In this document: positions 18,258-27,248 of the stretch, piece after piece | Layout of the letters: every line of letters begins with the position of its first letter | Numbering within the stretch: position 1 is the stretch's first letter | DNA from: a virus | IMG/VR virus record: IMGVR_UViG_3300009514_000005 | Span: 32,001 to 96,000 of that record | Length of the DNA: 64,000 nt | Direction: 5' to 3' (one strand) | Notes under the pieces: generated by a model | Told to the model about the DNA's origin: nothing | Database searches by the model: none | The model's input: only the letters and a program-made list of their open reading frames with translations | Position numbers and translations under genes: made by a program

Positions 18258-18905
18258 ATGGAAAAAACAATCATAGTGATAGGGCAAGCCAGAAGTGGAA
18301 CATCCATGGCCGGAGGATTCCTGCAAACACTTGGTGTTCAGATGAGCGGGGCTGATAACAAATCACCTCAAAACCCAAAAGGGAGCTTTGAGGATCCGAA
18401 GTTCATAGGGATCACAACAAAAGTAACATCAGCCAAAAAAGCAAACACCCCTATAGAGGATATAAAAAAAGAATTCGAGCCTCTTTTTATTCAAAATATT
18501 AACGAAAAAAATCAACTCCATGGCTTATGGGGATTCAAAAGCGCCCTTAGCCATGAGTCTTTAGAGTTTATTATTCCTAACATTAGAAACCCTCATTTCG
18601 TTGTGACCTTTAGGAATGTTTACAGAAACGCAATGTCCTGGAAAATCCATGTAAAAGAAAGATACAAAACGGAAGTTACGATTCACCAAGCTCTTTCTAA
18701 GGTGTCCAAGGGAATTTGGGATGTATGCGAAGCTTTAGAAAAGCATCAAAACATTCCTTGTCATTTTACAACCTACGAAGAAATGAGATTTGATCCAGTA
18801 GGGCAGGGAAGAAGAATGGCCCAATTTATTGGGCTACCATACCCCGAGGAAATTGAGGCCAAGATCAAAGATTTCATCGTTATGGGATATTCAACAGTTA
18901 AATAG
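18258..18905 (+). CDS. PAPS-dependent sulfotransferase
   Basis: PSB loop IVIGQARSGTSM, NPKGSFED, WGFKS, TYEEMRFDP...RRMAQFIGL, directly after cysC. Confidence 0.8.
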   Translation: MEKTIIVIGQARSGTSMAGGFLQTLGVQMSGADNKSPQNPKGSFEDPKFIGITTKVTSAKKANTPIEDIKKEFEPLFIQNINEKNQLHGLWGFKSALSHESLEFIIPNIRNPHFVVTFRNVYRNAMSWKIHVKERYKTEVTIHQALSKVSKGIWDVCEALEKHQNIPCHFTTYEEMRFDPVGQGRRMAQFIGLPYPEEIEAKIKDFIVMGYSTVK

Positions 18906-19428
18906 ACTTCTGAGCACAAAGATAAAATCCATATTTAAACGGAAGGTTTATATCGGATCCATGATCAACCACAACCATACTGTTTCCGTAATAAGCCCTG
19001 AATCTTCTTAAAAATATTTCATGATAATAAGCATGGTAATGCTCAGCGTTCCATAAATTATCATATGCTGAATCATCTGGAAGATAGAGAAAAAGCTTTC
19101 CCCCTGGTTTTATAAAATGAATCCAATCATCCAAGGCTCTAAAGTCATTTGGAACATGCTCAAGACAATGAGACGAGAAGAGACAGTCGTATTGGGCAAC
19201 ATGATCAGGAAGCAATTCGGATAGCCTATAAATATCCTCTATCTGTGGAGGGTTGAAATCTACCCCAGGAAGTTTTCTGCCATCAATCCCAAAAGCTTCA
19301 GGCTTTATTTTGTCAGGACCACAACCAATCTCGATAACTTTCCCGCCACAGTACTGCATAGCGATATGTCTTATCTTTGCCGTCTCGCTTACAAAATCTC
19401 CTTCGCAACATCCCAAACTTTTACCCAT
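18898..19428 (-). CDS. Class I SAM-dependent methyltransferase
   Basis: VIEIGCG, FGID, CLFSSHCLEHV, IKPGGKLFLYLP. Confidence 0.85.
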   Translation of the reverse strand: MGKSLGCCEGDFVSETAKIRHIAMQYCGGKVIEIGCGPDKIKPEAFGIDGRKLPGVDFNPPQIEDIYRLSELLPDHVAQYDCLFSSHCLEHVPNDFRALDDWIHFIKPGGKLFLYLPDDSAYDNLWNAEHYHAYYHEIFLRRFRAYYGNSMVVVDHGSDINLPFKYGFYLCAQKSI

Positions 19429-20048
19429 TAGATCACCTCGTCAACGATTCCTAATTTTTTAGCATCAAGAGCTGTCATATAACTTTCTTTGTTTTCCATC
19501 AACTCTTCAAGTTTTGTTTTGGCAACTTTTTTCCCAAGGCGTTTTTTTTCAACATCACCTATCTCAACGGTTTTCTTATGCCGGATCTCTCTATAAAGAA
19601 TATCGATGATCCTTTTCTTTTCAAGTTTGAGGGAAGCCAGGATCCCGGCGGCCTCGGTCTCATTAGTGCCCATAAGAAGACTGGACTCCCTTGGGCCATG
19701 GAACATAAAGATTGAATCCTTGCTACTTTTTCTCCAATCACCACAAGCAGCAATGGTAGTGGCGGCACTCATACAGTCACCTAAAACATAAGTAATCACA
19801 GTGCCTTCAAATAATTTAAGAGAATTAATAATCGAAATCGCCGAAGCGCAGCAGCCACCATAAGAATTTATGAAAACCGTGACTTCATTTATTCTTTCTT
19901 TTTCTGCTACGTTGTTCCAATAGAAAACTTTACCCTGAACATCCTCAGCCATCTCTTCATTGATTTCACCGAAAATTTTTATGGCACCATTATCTAACTC
20001 AGATTCTAGGACAAAATCTGTTTCCTGAGCCATAAGCCCTCCAATCAA
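19428..20048 (-). CDS. ClpP-like serine protease
   Basis: IFGEI, FINSYGG, CMSAAT (Ser), FMFHGP (His), YMTALDAKKLGIVDEVI. Confidence 0.85.
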   Translation of the reverse strand: MIGGLMAQETDFVLESELDNGAIKIFGEINEEMAEDVQGKVFYWNNVAEKERINEVTVFINSYGGCCASAISIINSLKLFEGTVITYVLGDCMSAATTIAACGDWRKSSKDSIFMFHGPRESSLLMGTNETEAAGILASLKLEKKRIIDILYREIRHKKTVEIGDVEKKRLGKKVAKTKLEELMENKESYMTALDAKKLGIVDEVI

Positions 20049-20494
20049 TTGGAGAGATTTTTCAAAAGACCTACTGCGTTTTTGAATGCCTTCTTCTTTT
20101 CCTTGTCTATAGGCTCAAAGATCATCACAGTGCGATCAACCAGGGCCTCTCCATCGTCCCGTATTTTTATTCTAGCCTGTTTTACGAGACGGTCATTGGA
20201 TAAAATACCGGCCTTTTCTGCGCAGTCATAGGCCATATTCATCAGGTTATCCATGTCGGCCATGCAAACCCTTGTAAAATCAAAGTAAAGTGTGGCCCGG
20301 ATTCTTCCGGTCAAAGGCTCCTTTAGCCCTGACTCAGCGAGTTGCCCCTTCAGAATTTTTATAGCCCCTTCCTCATATTCTCTTTTGGCCTTAGTTTTTC
20401 CTAAAAAATGCTTGCCAGTCTTTTTGTTTTTAAAGATTGGGCGGCCATTTTTTTTAGTGGTGGGTCGAACTGGAATCTCAAATCTATACTTCAT
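20045..20494 (-). CDS. RusA-like Holliday junction resolvase
   Basis: PTTKKN, DMDNLMNMAYDC...GILSNDRLV. Confidence 0.75.
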   Translation of the reverse strand: MKYRFEIPVRPTTKKNGRPIFKNKKTGKHFLGKTKAKREYEEGAIKILKGQLAESGLKEPLTGRIRATLYFDFTRVCMADMDNLMNMAYDCAEKAGILSNDRLVKQARIKIRDDGEALVDRTVMIFEPIDKEKKKAFKNAVGLLKNLSN

Positions 20495-21654
20495 TTTCTC
20501 TCGTATTTTTTCCCGTAAATATAAGCAAAGTCACCAGGTACCATAATATGATCTGGAGTTGCTACCTTTTTTTCTGTATCAATATGAACAACTAAAAAAC
20601 TGTTTGTCCACTTATCTCGACCTTCCACATATTCAGCCCTGGTTTCAGCTATACATCCAACAGTTTGCCACCAAATTTTACCCATCGGAATGTTTGAAGT
20701 TGTGATGAGTTCTGGCCTATGGGTATGACCACTTGCTCCAGAAATACCCATGCTTAAATCTTTGAAGTGAGATACGAGAAAGGTATCATAATAAACCTTA
20801 TAGTTCTCTTTTATCTCTTCATTTATATCTCCGTTTTGAAAAGCAGCTAAATCTAATTTGCAAACTAAATTAATTTCAAATTCATCCAACCCAAAAACAT
20901 CTGATAGAGATAGCCCCATAACATCAGAAAGTATAATTCTTATGTTTGGAGTTTTGTCAGCCAAAAGCTTTAAAAGCCTAAAGCAATGATTCCCAGCTAT
21001 GAGATCAATTTGAGAATCAGGGCAAGCTCTTCTAAGTTCTCCGAAAATATTTTTTTTAACAAAATTAAATCTTCCAACAATATCGTAAGAACGTGGATCA
21101 ATGCTGAACCTAGACGCCTCGTACAAATCATATACGTCACCAGCCATGCAAATAACATCAGGCTGAAGCCTCCTTGCTGTATCTACAAAACAAGAAAGAA
21201 CAAAGCGATCTGCATGTTTGTCATGAAAATCTGAGCCAACAAGAATTGTTTTAAATCTCTTTTTATCTCTATTCTTTTTTACAAATTTTTCATGATATGG
21301 AAGAACCTCTACTTCATAAAAATTTCTGTAGACATCAAGAGAAGCATGTTTTGCTATTTTCCTTTCCAGTGAATGTTGATTGCGAGAAAGCTCTAATCCA
21401 GCCTGCCTTCTAAACTCTAAAAAAGTTCCAAAGAATTGAGACCAAGTAGCATCCGAATAATTTCCATGAATTCTATAAAAATTTCTTGTAATGTGTTTTA
21501 ACGGAAAGGCTTCCTGAACTTTTCTTAAATCATCGATGCAGTCTTCTTCGGTAGCCTTAGAGTTGAATTTCTTTTTTCTCTCAGATAAAAGAGCAAGCTC
21601 AGATTGGTTTTGGCGTTTTTTCTTGGGAGCTTTTTTCGCTTTACCCTTTGCCAT
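20491..21654 (-). CDS. Calcineurin-like metallophosphoesterase with N-terminal helical domain
   Basis: SDFH, AGDVYD, AGNH, SGHTH motifs. Confidence 0.8.
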   Translation of the reverse strand: MAKGKAKKAPKKKRQNQSELALLSERKKKFNSKATEEDCIDDLRKVQEAFPLKHITRNFYRIHGNYSDATWSQFFGTFLEFRRQAGLELSRNQHSLERKIAKHASLDVYRNFYEVEVLPYHEKFVKKNRDKKRFKTILVGSDFHDKHADRFVLSCFVDTARRLQPDVICMAGDVYDLYEASRFSIDPRSYDIVGRFNFVKKNIFGELRRACPDSQIDLIAGNHCFRLLKLLADKTPNIRIILSDVMGLSLSDVFGLDEFEINLVCKLDLAAFQNGDINEEIKENYKVYYDTFLVSHFKDLSMGISGASGHTHRPELITTSNIPMGKIWWQTVGCIAETRAEYVEGRDKWTNSFLVVHIDTEKKVATPDHIMVPGDFAYIYGKKYERK

Positions 21655-21764
21655 CTACCCTCCGCTAGTTTCGATATGTCAACGAGAACTAACTATAGTG
21701 TAGAGGGTAAACGGAATTTTGTGCAAACTTTTAACTACTTATGACGCATGTGTTACTATTGACC

Positions 21765-21935
21765 ATGGATAATAAACCTGAGAAAAAAGAGGATAAATTT
21801 TGTCCAGAATGCAGTTGTTACCTAAGATGCCATCCAGAATGGCCTCACAAGTATTTAAAGTGCGGAGTGTGTGGATTTACAAGAATGAAAAATTCATTTA
21901 AGAAAAAACCCAGTATTTCCCAGCAATCTTCTTAG
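21765..21935 (+). CDS. Small zinc-ribbon protein (counter-oriented)
   Basis: CPEC...CGVC, preceded by TTAACT-N17-TACTAT with TG extension. Confidence 0.5.
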   Translation: MDNKPEKKEDKFCPECSCYLRCHPEWPHKYLKCGVCGFTRMKNSFKKKPSISQQSS

Positions 21936-22116
21936 ATTCATCAAAAAGCTCTATATCGAAATAATCAACGTAGTCCTTCCAGTTTACTCCGTATAGCTTA
22001 TAGATCTCTCTCACTTTTAAAACAATGGATTTCTTTGTGATCTTTTCATGTGCTCGTAAAAGCTTCACAATGGCAAAAATAATAACCTTGTCAGTTAACT
22101 TAAAATCAATCCTCAT
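21898..22116 (-). CDS. Hypothetical protein
   Basis: 72-aa ORF coupled to the upstream gene. Confidence 0.45.
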   Translation of the reverse strand: MRIDFKLTDKVIIFAIVKLLRAHEKITKKSIVLKVREIYKLYGVNWKDYVDYFDIELFDESKKIAGKYWVFS

Positions 22117-22897
22117 TTTTTACCACCCTCACTTTATCGCTTACAAGAGGAGCCCCATCAGGTCCTTTCTCATGATCCTTCACCCAAGTATATCCCTCAA
22201 CACAATACTGGTCTTCACGATCTTTCCCAAGCCCATTATGCTTTCTCCAGTGACCTCTTACTAGCCATCTATGACTCCAATCAATTGGAAAGGCACGTTT
22301 AGGAGTATAATTAGGTCGATTCTTTTTTGGAGTTACATGAATTATTTTCCTTATTTTAATCATCTCCCTGTCTTTACCTGATCCGATTCTTATTTTTTCA
22401 TTAACTTTCTGCTCACCTTTTGACTCTTGCTTGAATCTGTTTAGGAAATTATCTAATATAAAATCATTAGCGACCCCATCAGCATGAGCATCCACCGGAA
22501 AAGAAAGAATATGCGATGTTTTATCTGTCTGAATAAGATTGTAAAAATGAAATTTACCAGGTTTTTTCTCAACACAAACAATACAAGCAGTATAAACCTT
22601 AAGAGGATCATCATCTTTTGGAACCGATACCCATCCATTTAAATATTCATAAGAGCAAACCTTAAAAGGTGCCCACAGTTTTGCATCAATATTTTGTTCA
22701 GCATCTAAAGGATTTTGAGGATCAGAAAGACTATACACAAATGGCTTAACTTTTTTGATGTATCTAGAAAATTCCCCAACCTCTTCCTTGGTAGCCTCCC
22801 TGAGCTGCTTTGCCTCAGGATTACAATGAATGCACTGGAAAACCATAAAGTTTTTAGGGTTTCTGGCAACCTCAATCATTTTTTTCAACTGAATCAA
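22106..22897 (-). CDS. Hypothetical phage protein (VRGHWR motif)
   Basis: C-terminal WLVRGHWRK...WVKDHEKG motif recurrent in phage hypotheticals. Confidence 0.65.
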   Translation of the reverse strand: MIQLKKMIEVARNPKNFMVFQCIHCNPEAKQLREATKEEVGEFSRYIKKVKPFVYSLSDPQNPLDAEQNIDAKLWAPFKVCSYEYLNGWVSVPKDDDPLKVYTACIVCVEKKPGKFHFYNLIQTDKTSHILSFPVDAHADGVANDFILDNFLNRFKQESKGEQKVNEKIRIGSGKDREMIKIRKIIHVTPKKNRPNYTPKRAFPIDWSHRWLVRGHWRKHNGLGKDREDQYCVEGYTWVKDHEKGPDGAPLVSDKVRVVKNED

Positions 22898-22909
22898 TTT
22901 ATTCTCCTT

Positions 22910-23287
22910 TTATTCCTGGTTCAACGCTCTCCATAAAACATCCAAAAATTCTCCATTTGTTTTTGTTGGGTCTATTGAATTTATTTCATCCAAAAAATCC
23001 AAGACAACTTTTTTAATTTCTCCGGGAATATTTTCATTCTTTTTGAATTTAAAATGACTATTATTAAATTTAATTTCAAGAATCTTTAAATCCTTAATTT
23101 GTAAAACAATTTCAAAATCATTTTTATATTCAAGATGAAAACTTGGATTTCCAAAAGGTTCTTTATAGACACGAAAAATATATCCATCTTTATTCCCAAC
23201 TTTTGCCATTTCTTGTAAAAGATTTTTTCCGGGAATGCCAAACCCATCAGTTTTTTCAGTCATTACCTCTTTTTTATTCTTATCCAT
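22910..23287 (-). CDS. Hypothetical protein
   Basis: 125-aa ORF with GGAG SD. Confidence 0.55.
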   Translation of the reverse strand: MDKNKKEVMTEKTDGFGIPGKNLLQEMAKVGNKDGYIFRVYKEPFGNPSFHLEYKNDFEIVLQIKDLKILEIKFNNSHFKFKKNENIPGEIKKVVLDFLDEINSIDPTKTNGEFLDVLWRALNQE

Positions 23288-23296
23288 GTCTATCTC

Positions 23297-23479
23297 CTAC
23301 CTTTCATCTTTTGTACAAATTTGGATAAACTGCCTAACTAATTCCGAGAAAGAAGTGAACCCAAGCTTTTCTTTCATATTCTTTAGTTTCTCATATTCAG
23401 ATTTAGTTACTCTGATCTGGACCTGTTTGCTTAGCTTCTCGCTAGGCTTCCATTGAGAATCTTTCCTTACCTTATCCAT
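23297..23479 (-). CDS. Ribbon-helix-helix (CopG/Arc-like) regulator
   Basis: QVQIRVTKSEYEKLK...FSELVRQFI. Confidence 0.7.
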   Translation of the reverse strand: MDKVRKDSQWKPSEKLSKQVQIRVTKSEYEKLKNMKEKLGFTSFSELVRQFIQICTKDER

Positions 23480-23625
23480 AGCTCTCTCCTTTTCCCCGGA
23501 GGCATATACTTAAGAACCGACATGGCTTTTTGCTCTAGTTCTTCCTCTGTAGTATTCGGAGAACACCAAACAAAAAGAGTGTATAGCCTTTCTCTAAACA
23601 TCACTGTTACGTTCTTTCCAAACAT
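23467..23625 (-). CDS. Small hypothetical protein (52 aa, below the ORF track cutoff)
   Basis: AAGGAGG SD, MFGKNVTVMFRERLYTLFVWCSPNTTEEELEQKAMSVLKYMPPGKRRELWIR, fills the gap between genes. Confidence 0.55.
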   Translation of the reverse strand: MFGKNVTVMFRERLYTLFVWCSPNTTEEELEQKAMSVLKYMPPGKRRELWIR

Positions 23626-23634
23626 GAATCCTCC

Positions 23635-24423
23635 TTATTTAATTTCAGTCATGGTTTCTCCCATTTTTATCGAAACGGGACTTTTTTCGAATTCCACCGG
23701 ATCAGCGACAAGTTTTTTATCAACATAATAAAACTTTAATTTTCCAACGAGTTTATTCATATTGATTTCCGCTGTCATATAAACAACTGGCTTATCTTTT
23801 GAAAAGTCCCCGATTAAATACGGGCCATGATTAGCGTTTCCGGTATTACATATCAAAATATGCAGAAGAATCTTGTCGAGAAACACTCTCGCGGAAAACA
23901 ACTTAGATTCTTTAGGGCAAGTTATTAATGATTTGTGAGGAAATACTTTTGTCGCTTTTACAGTCTTCCCGTTTTTTAACTCCTGAACCTCCATGGGATA
24001 TCCAACATGATTATAAAACTTCCACTTACCCTCTTGCTTGTTCTCTAAATAATTTCCTTCAGATGTTTTCTCCATGGTTTTTGGATCCCAAAAAACAGTG
24101 TGCCCATGATGAATGACATTATTCACCACTTTGTTTTGATACATAATCCTCGAAGCTAAGCTAAAATTACCCATGGCCGACATTTTTTCCGCTATTGCCT
24201 TGGCTCTCTTGTCGACAGATGTGGTAGCTTTCACACATCCTGCCATAAAACTATTTATTCTTTTGGCGTAAGCAAAAGTTTTCTTTAGCGGTGGCGGACA
24301 TTTATCTTGAGCCAACCATTCTTTGCCGCCCACCAAAGATCTAAGAGTATTTTCTCCGGCACTGAACTGAGCATCTGAACTCATCGAAGCTAATAAAATT
24401 ATTGCAAACATTAAAATTTTCAT
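23635..24423 (-). CDS. Exported protein with MORN-variant (YwqK-like) repeat
   Basis: Signal peptide MKILMFAIILLASMSSDA, SEGNYLENKQEGKWKFYN...ELKNGK. Confidence 0.6.
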   Translation of the reverse strand: MKILMFAIILLASMSSDAQFSAGENTLRSLVGGKEWLAQDKCPPPLKKTFAYAKRINSFMAGCVKATTSVDKRAKAIAEKMSAMGNFSLASRIMYQNKVVNNVIHHGHTVFWDPKTMEKTSEGNYLENKQEGKWKFYNHVGYPMEVQELKNGKTVKATKVFPHKSLITCPKESKLFSARVFLDKILLHILICNTGNANHGPYLIGDFSKDKPVVYMTAEINMNKLVGKLKFYYVDKKLVADPVEFEKSPVSIKMGETMTEIK

Positions 24424-24617
24424 ATTTTCCCCCTAAGGTTATCAGCCATTTCATTAAGCATATTTTTTTCTTCATCTGGTCGAATACAGTCCGAACAAAT
24501 TCCTTGATAAATTTTTTGCGTTTGCCTAGATGAGTGAATCGGATCAACCAATGTTGTCACTTTCTTCCCACACCTTGGGCAATTCATATAAGTTATCCTT
24601 GGTTTACGTCTTTTCAT
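24420..24617 (-). CDS. Small zinc-ribbon protein
   Basis: CPRC...CSDC. Confidence 0.55.
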   Translation of the reverse strand: MKRRKPRITYMNCPRCGKKVTTLVDPIHSSRQTQKIYQGICSDCIRPDEEKNMLNEMADNLRGKI

Positions 24618-25066
24618 TCCTCTTCCATCTCCCTTAAAAATTTAACTACAACTCCAAACACCATTTGCTTTTCAAGAAGCTGACCATGCATGATTTCGCT
24701 CATTAGCGTAAATCCAGGGCCGAGTTCTTCTTTCGCCTGATCTACCCAACCTGGCCTCGTAAGATGAGACGAAAGCCATTTTAAAAGATCACTGCTATAA
24801 ATATCGGCATCGATATCACAGTAACAATCCAGCATCTCTTCGAGATTATCCTCGTCACACTCGGAGATGTTAACCAGGGATTCCCAGACAAACTTGTGTC
24901 TGTAATCCTTCGGGGCAAGACTATCTTCCTCGTGAGCCTTATAAGCCATGTCTTTAATCCATTCCGGATGCCCATCTTTCAGACAGAAAAATTCTTCGCC
25001 ATTATCCCTAGTCTTTTTTTCGAACCAAGACTCTGCTTCTTTTGCTAATTTAATTACGCTCATCAC
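24614..25066 (-). CDS. Acidic protein, candidate Ocr-like DNA mimic
   Basis: Strong D/E excess. DIDADIYSSDLLKWLSS resembles the AD..VP.YY.D...V..S core of T7 Ocr. Confidence 0.45.
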   Translation of the reverse strand: MMSVIKLAKEAESWFEKKTRDNGEEFFCLKDGHPEWIKDMAYKAHEEDSLAPKDYRHKFVWESLVNISECDEDNLEEMLDCYCDIDADIYSSDLLKWLSSHLTRPGWVDQAKEELGPGFTLMSEIMHGQLLEKQMVFGVVVKFLREMEEE

Positions 25067-25077
25067 CGCCTCCGTTA

Positions 25078-25335
25078 TTAGTCTAATCCTTTAACTAGTT
25101 TGATTGGATCCCCGCCACACTCTTTAACCAACTCCATAGCTCGATAAAATTCTTTTACTTCGATCATGTAAACATCTTCTTTTTTGGCCGAATAACAACC
25201 ATGATAATTAGATCCAAAAAAATCTATCCATCCAGCATGATTCCTGTTCTCACCAGGGATGTGGTATCCAAACTGGCCTTTGAAATATTGTTTTCCAGAT
25301 GTATAAAAATTCCTTTTAAGAATTACGATTTTCAT
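25078..25335 (-). CDS. Hypothetical protein
   Basis: 85-aa ORF with GGAGG SD. Confidence 0.55.
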   Translation of the reverse strand: MKIVILKRNFYTSGKQYFKGQFGYHIPGENRNHAGWIDFFGSNYHGCYSAKKEDVYMIEVKEFYRAMELVKECGGDPIKLVKGLD

Positions 25336-25755
25336 CTAAGCCTCCTCATTAAAAGCTTCTTCCCAGGGCCCATAGTGCCTATACCGTTGCATCCAATAAC
25401 TGGTTTCACCCATGTCGAACTGAACGCTCATCCCAGGAGCGATTCCAAATTTCTGATAAAAGTCTTGAATACTCATATCGATGATCACTTTATTATTAGT
25501 GTCAGCGATTTTGGCTCGGCCATTAATCTCAAGCCAGGCGAGTTGAAAGTGAGTGTTTGAAAAACCATGGGCAAGGCGACAAGTCCTATCGTTCCAATGG
25601 TATTTGTTTTTCATCATGAAGTGGATCTGCCAAGTGAACTGAGGCCGGGCATAGCCTTCAGGAACCGCTTCCCATTTTTTGGCCCAAGGGAAAAGCTTTT
25701 TCCAAGCCCTGACCCCGATTCCTACTTTTGGACATTTCTTCAGTTTCCTTTTCAT
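25336..25755 (-). CDS. Hypothetical early protein (probably leaderless)
   Basis: ATG lies 6 nt after the GATAAT -10, no SD. Confidence 0.55.
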   Translation of the reverse strand: MKRKLKKCPKVGIGVRAWKKLFPWAKKWEAVPEGYARPQFTWQIHFMMKNKYHWNDRTCRLAHGFSNTHFQLAWLEINGRAKIADTNNKVIIDMSIQDFYQKFGIAPGMSVQFDMGETSYWMQRYRHYGPWEEAFNEEA

Positions 25756-25761
25756 ACCTAG

Positions 25762-25812
25762 ATTATCAGGTATTCTGGTTTAAATGTAAAGAGGTTTTAT
25801 TGACATAACGTA
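25762..25812 (-). promoter_or_regulatory. Sigma70-like leftward promoter TTTACA-N17-GATAAT (copy 2 of the 51-bp element)
   Basis: -35 at 25790-25785, -10 at 25767-25762, matches 16997-17047 block for block. Confidence 0.7.
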
Positions 25813-25871
25813 GGACAAAAATAGGTCTAGGATTTCAGTGAGATAAGAGCCAGGACCGCTGGCCCCAAAGA

Positions 25872-26039
25872 CTAATTTGCCGGACTGCGGTCTAGTTGCA
25901 CCACCCCATCTTCGTTCTGAACCCAATTTTTAAGCCCTCCACTATGGCCTTCAATATCGGTAACAACGATTCCATCATCGTAAGTCATATCTGGAGCATG
26001 ATCTTTCACCACATAAATGTCCCTAGGAACTTGCGTCAA
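25872..26039 (-). CDS. Possible small hypothetical protein (TTG start)
   Basis: Open 55 codons (LTQVPRDIYVVKDHAPDMTYDDG...) filling the gap, no clear SD. Confidence 0.3.
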   Translation of the reverse strand: MTQVPRDIYVVKDHAPDMTYDDGIVVTDIEGHSGGLKNWVQNEDGVVQLDRSPAN

Positions 26040-26402
26040 CTAAGATGCATGAAATTTTGGATTTTCTGGATCAAAAGGGGGTATCTCATCAATTCTGGGG
26101 CCTTCAGAGCCCTCGTCATAGAGCCTATTGAAGTGTTCAACCTGGGCCCAGAAATCAACCTTAAACCGCTCCTGGGTAGTTTTAGCCCCCTTACTGTGGA
26201 CCCAACCCATGTGATGATGAGGACATAGAGGAATTGCGGTCTTGTCGGCCCCAAAAGCACCTCTAGATTTAACATGATGGGCGTGAACAGGATAGGCCCC
26301 GCATTTCGGAATACAGCAGTTGAAAGAATGAAGCCACCAAAGATAGCGAGGATCTAAATCCCTATAACATTTCTTCTTAGATTTTTTTGGTTTCGGAATC
26401 AT
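26040..26402 (-). CDS. DUF968-like / HNH-related zinc-binding nuclease
   Basis: CCIPKCG, HAHH, GA...AIPLCPHHH...H. Confidence 0.6.
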   Translation of the reverse strand: MIPKPKKSKKKCYRDLDPRYLWWLHSFNCCIPKCGAYPVHAHHVKSRGAFGADKTAIPLCPHHHMGWVHSKGAKTTQERFKVDFWAQVEHFNRLYDEGSEGPRIDEIPPFDPENPKFHAS

Positions 26403-26604
26403 TAATGCTGTAACTCTCTGGGTCAGAAGAAACCTTACGAAGATTATCTTGCTTGCCGCAATTTGGACAAGGGGTTTTACAAATAATTTTACCTATTGAT
26501 CCAACAAACTTTGTATGACTTCTAAAGTACTGATCACACCTACAATGACAACTATCTTCTCTATATTTATCAATCTCAGTCCAATCTATTTTAAGGGTTT
26601 CCAC
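26377..26604 (-). CDS. Small Cys-rich (zinc-finger) protein
   Basis: CHCRC...C..PCPNCG. Confidence 0.55.
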   Translation of the reverse strand: METLKIDWTEIDKYREDSCHCRCDQYFRSHTKFVGSIGKIICKTPCPNCGKQDNLRKVSSDPESYSINDSETKKI

Positions 26605-26608
26605 GTTA

Positions 26609-27013
26609 TTATGCCCTCATGAAAATTGGGGGTACAATCCAAATAAGATCACCTGGATTGGCTGGGTCAAAACTAACAACAGGACTACTCGAATCATAAA
26701 ACTTTAAATTATCCATATCTAGAGCGTAAATTTTAAAATCAAGTTTTTTATCCAAAGTATCCAAACAAAGTTTTTTTAGCGTAAATAATTCATCATCTTC
26801 AGATAATGGTATTTGTTCTTCAGAATCCAAATCTATTTCATACTTAGGTAGCAATACAAAAAAATCCCATTCCTCTTCTTCTTCGTCATAAGGTAAAACA
26901 TCAACTCGATAAGCAGAAAAATCACGCGGTATAATCGAACCCCATTCTGGGTCAAGCCTTCTGTCTAGATTTATTCTTGGCCGTTTTACCTCTCTAAATT
27001 CTTCTTTCTCCAT
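26609..27013 (-). CDS. Acidic hypothetical protein
   Basis: 134-aa ORF rich in D/E. Confidence 0.5.
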   Translation of the reverse strand: MEKEEFREVKRPRINLDRRLDPEWGSIIPRDFSAYRVDVLPYDEEEEEWDFFVLLPKYEIDLDSEEQIPLSEDDELFTLKKLCLDTLDKKLDFKIYALDMDNLKFYDSSSPVVSFDPANPGDLIWIVPPIFMRA

Positions 27014-27044
27014 AGGTATATTTTACCCCAGGATAAGAAAATCA

Positions 27045-27248
27045 TCATACAGCAATTTGAATTCTGTCTCTTGCTCCATTTAATATTTTGCGAATTACTT
27101 CTGATCTAGAGCTTACATCGAGATCATCTTTTACCTTATCAATCCAGCCAACCATTTCTTGAGACATGCGCAAATAGATCATAACGTCTTTGGTATCTTT
27201 GCCCTTCTCTAATATAATATCTTTTTTAGGACTTTTTTTCTTACTCAT
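27045..27248 (-). CDS. Ribbon-helix-helix regulator
   Basis: VMIYLRMSQEMVGWIDKV...SRSEVIRKIL. Confidence 0.7.
   Translation of the reverse strand: MSKKKSPKKDIILEKGKDTKDVMIYLRMSQEMVGWIDKVKDDLDVSSRSEVIRKILNGARDRIQIAV

Noticed and set aside
26040-26042. TAG read-through or stop-codon reassignment (in-frame ORF continues after TAG)
   Set aside because: Other TAG-terminated genes (e.g. the SSB ending DDIPF) end at natural protein termini and long genes are uninterrupted in the standard code. A single case fits chance or a TTG start.
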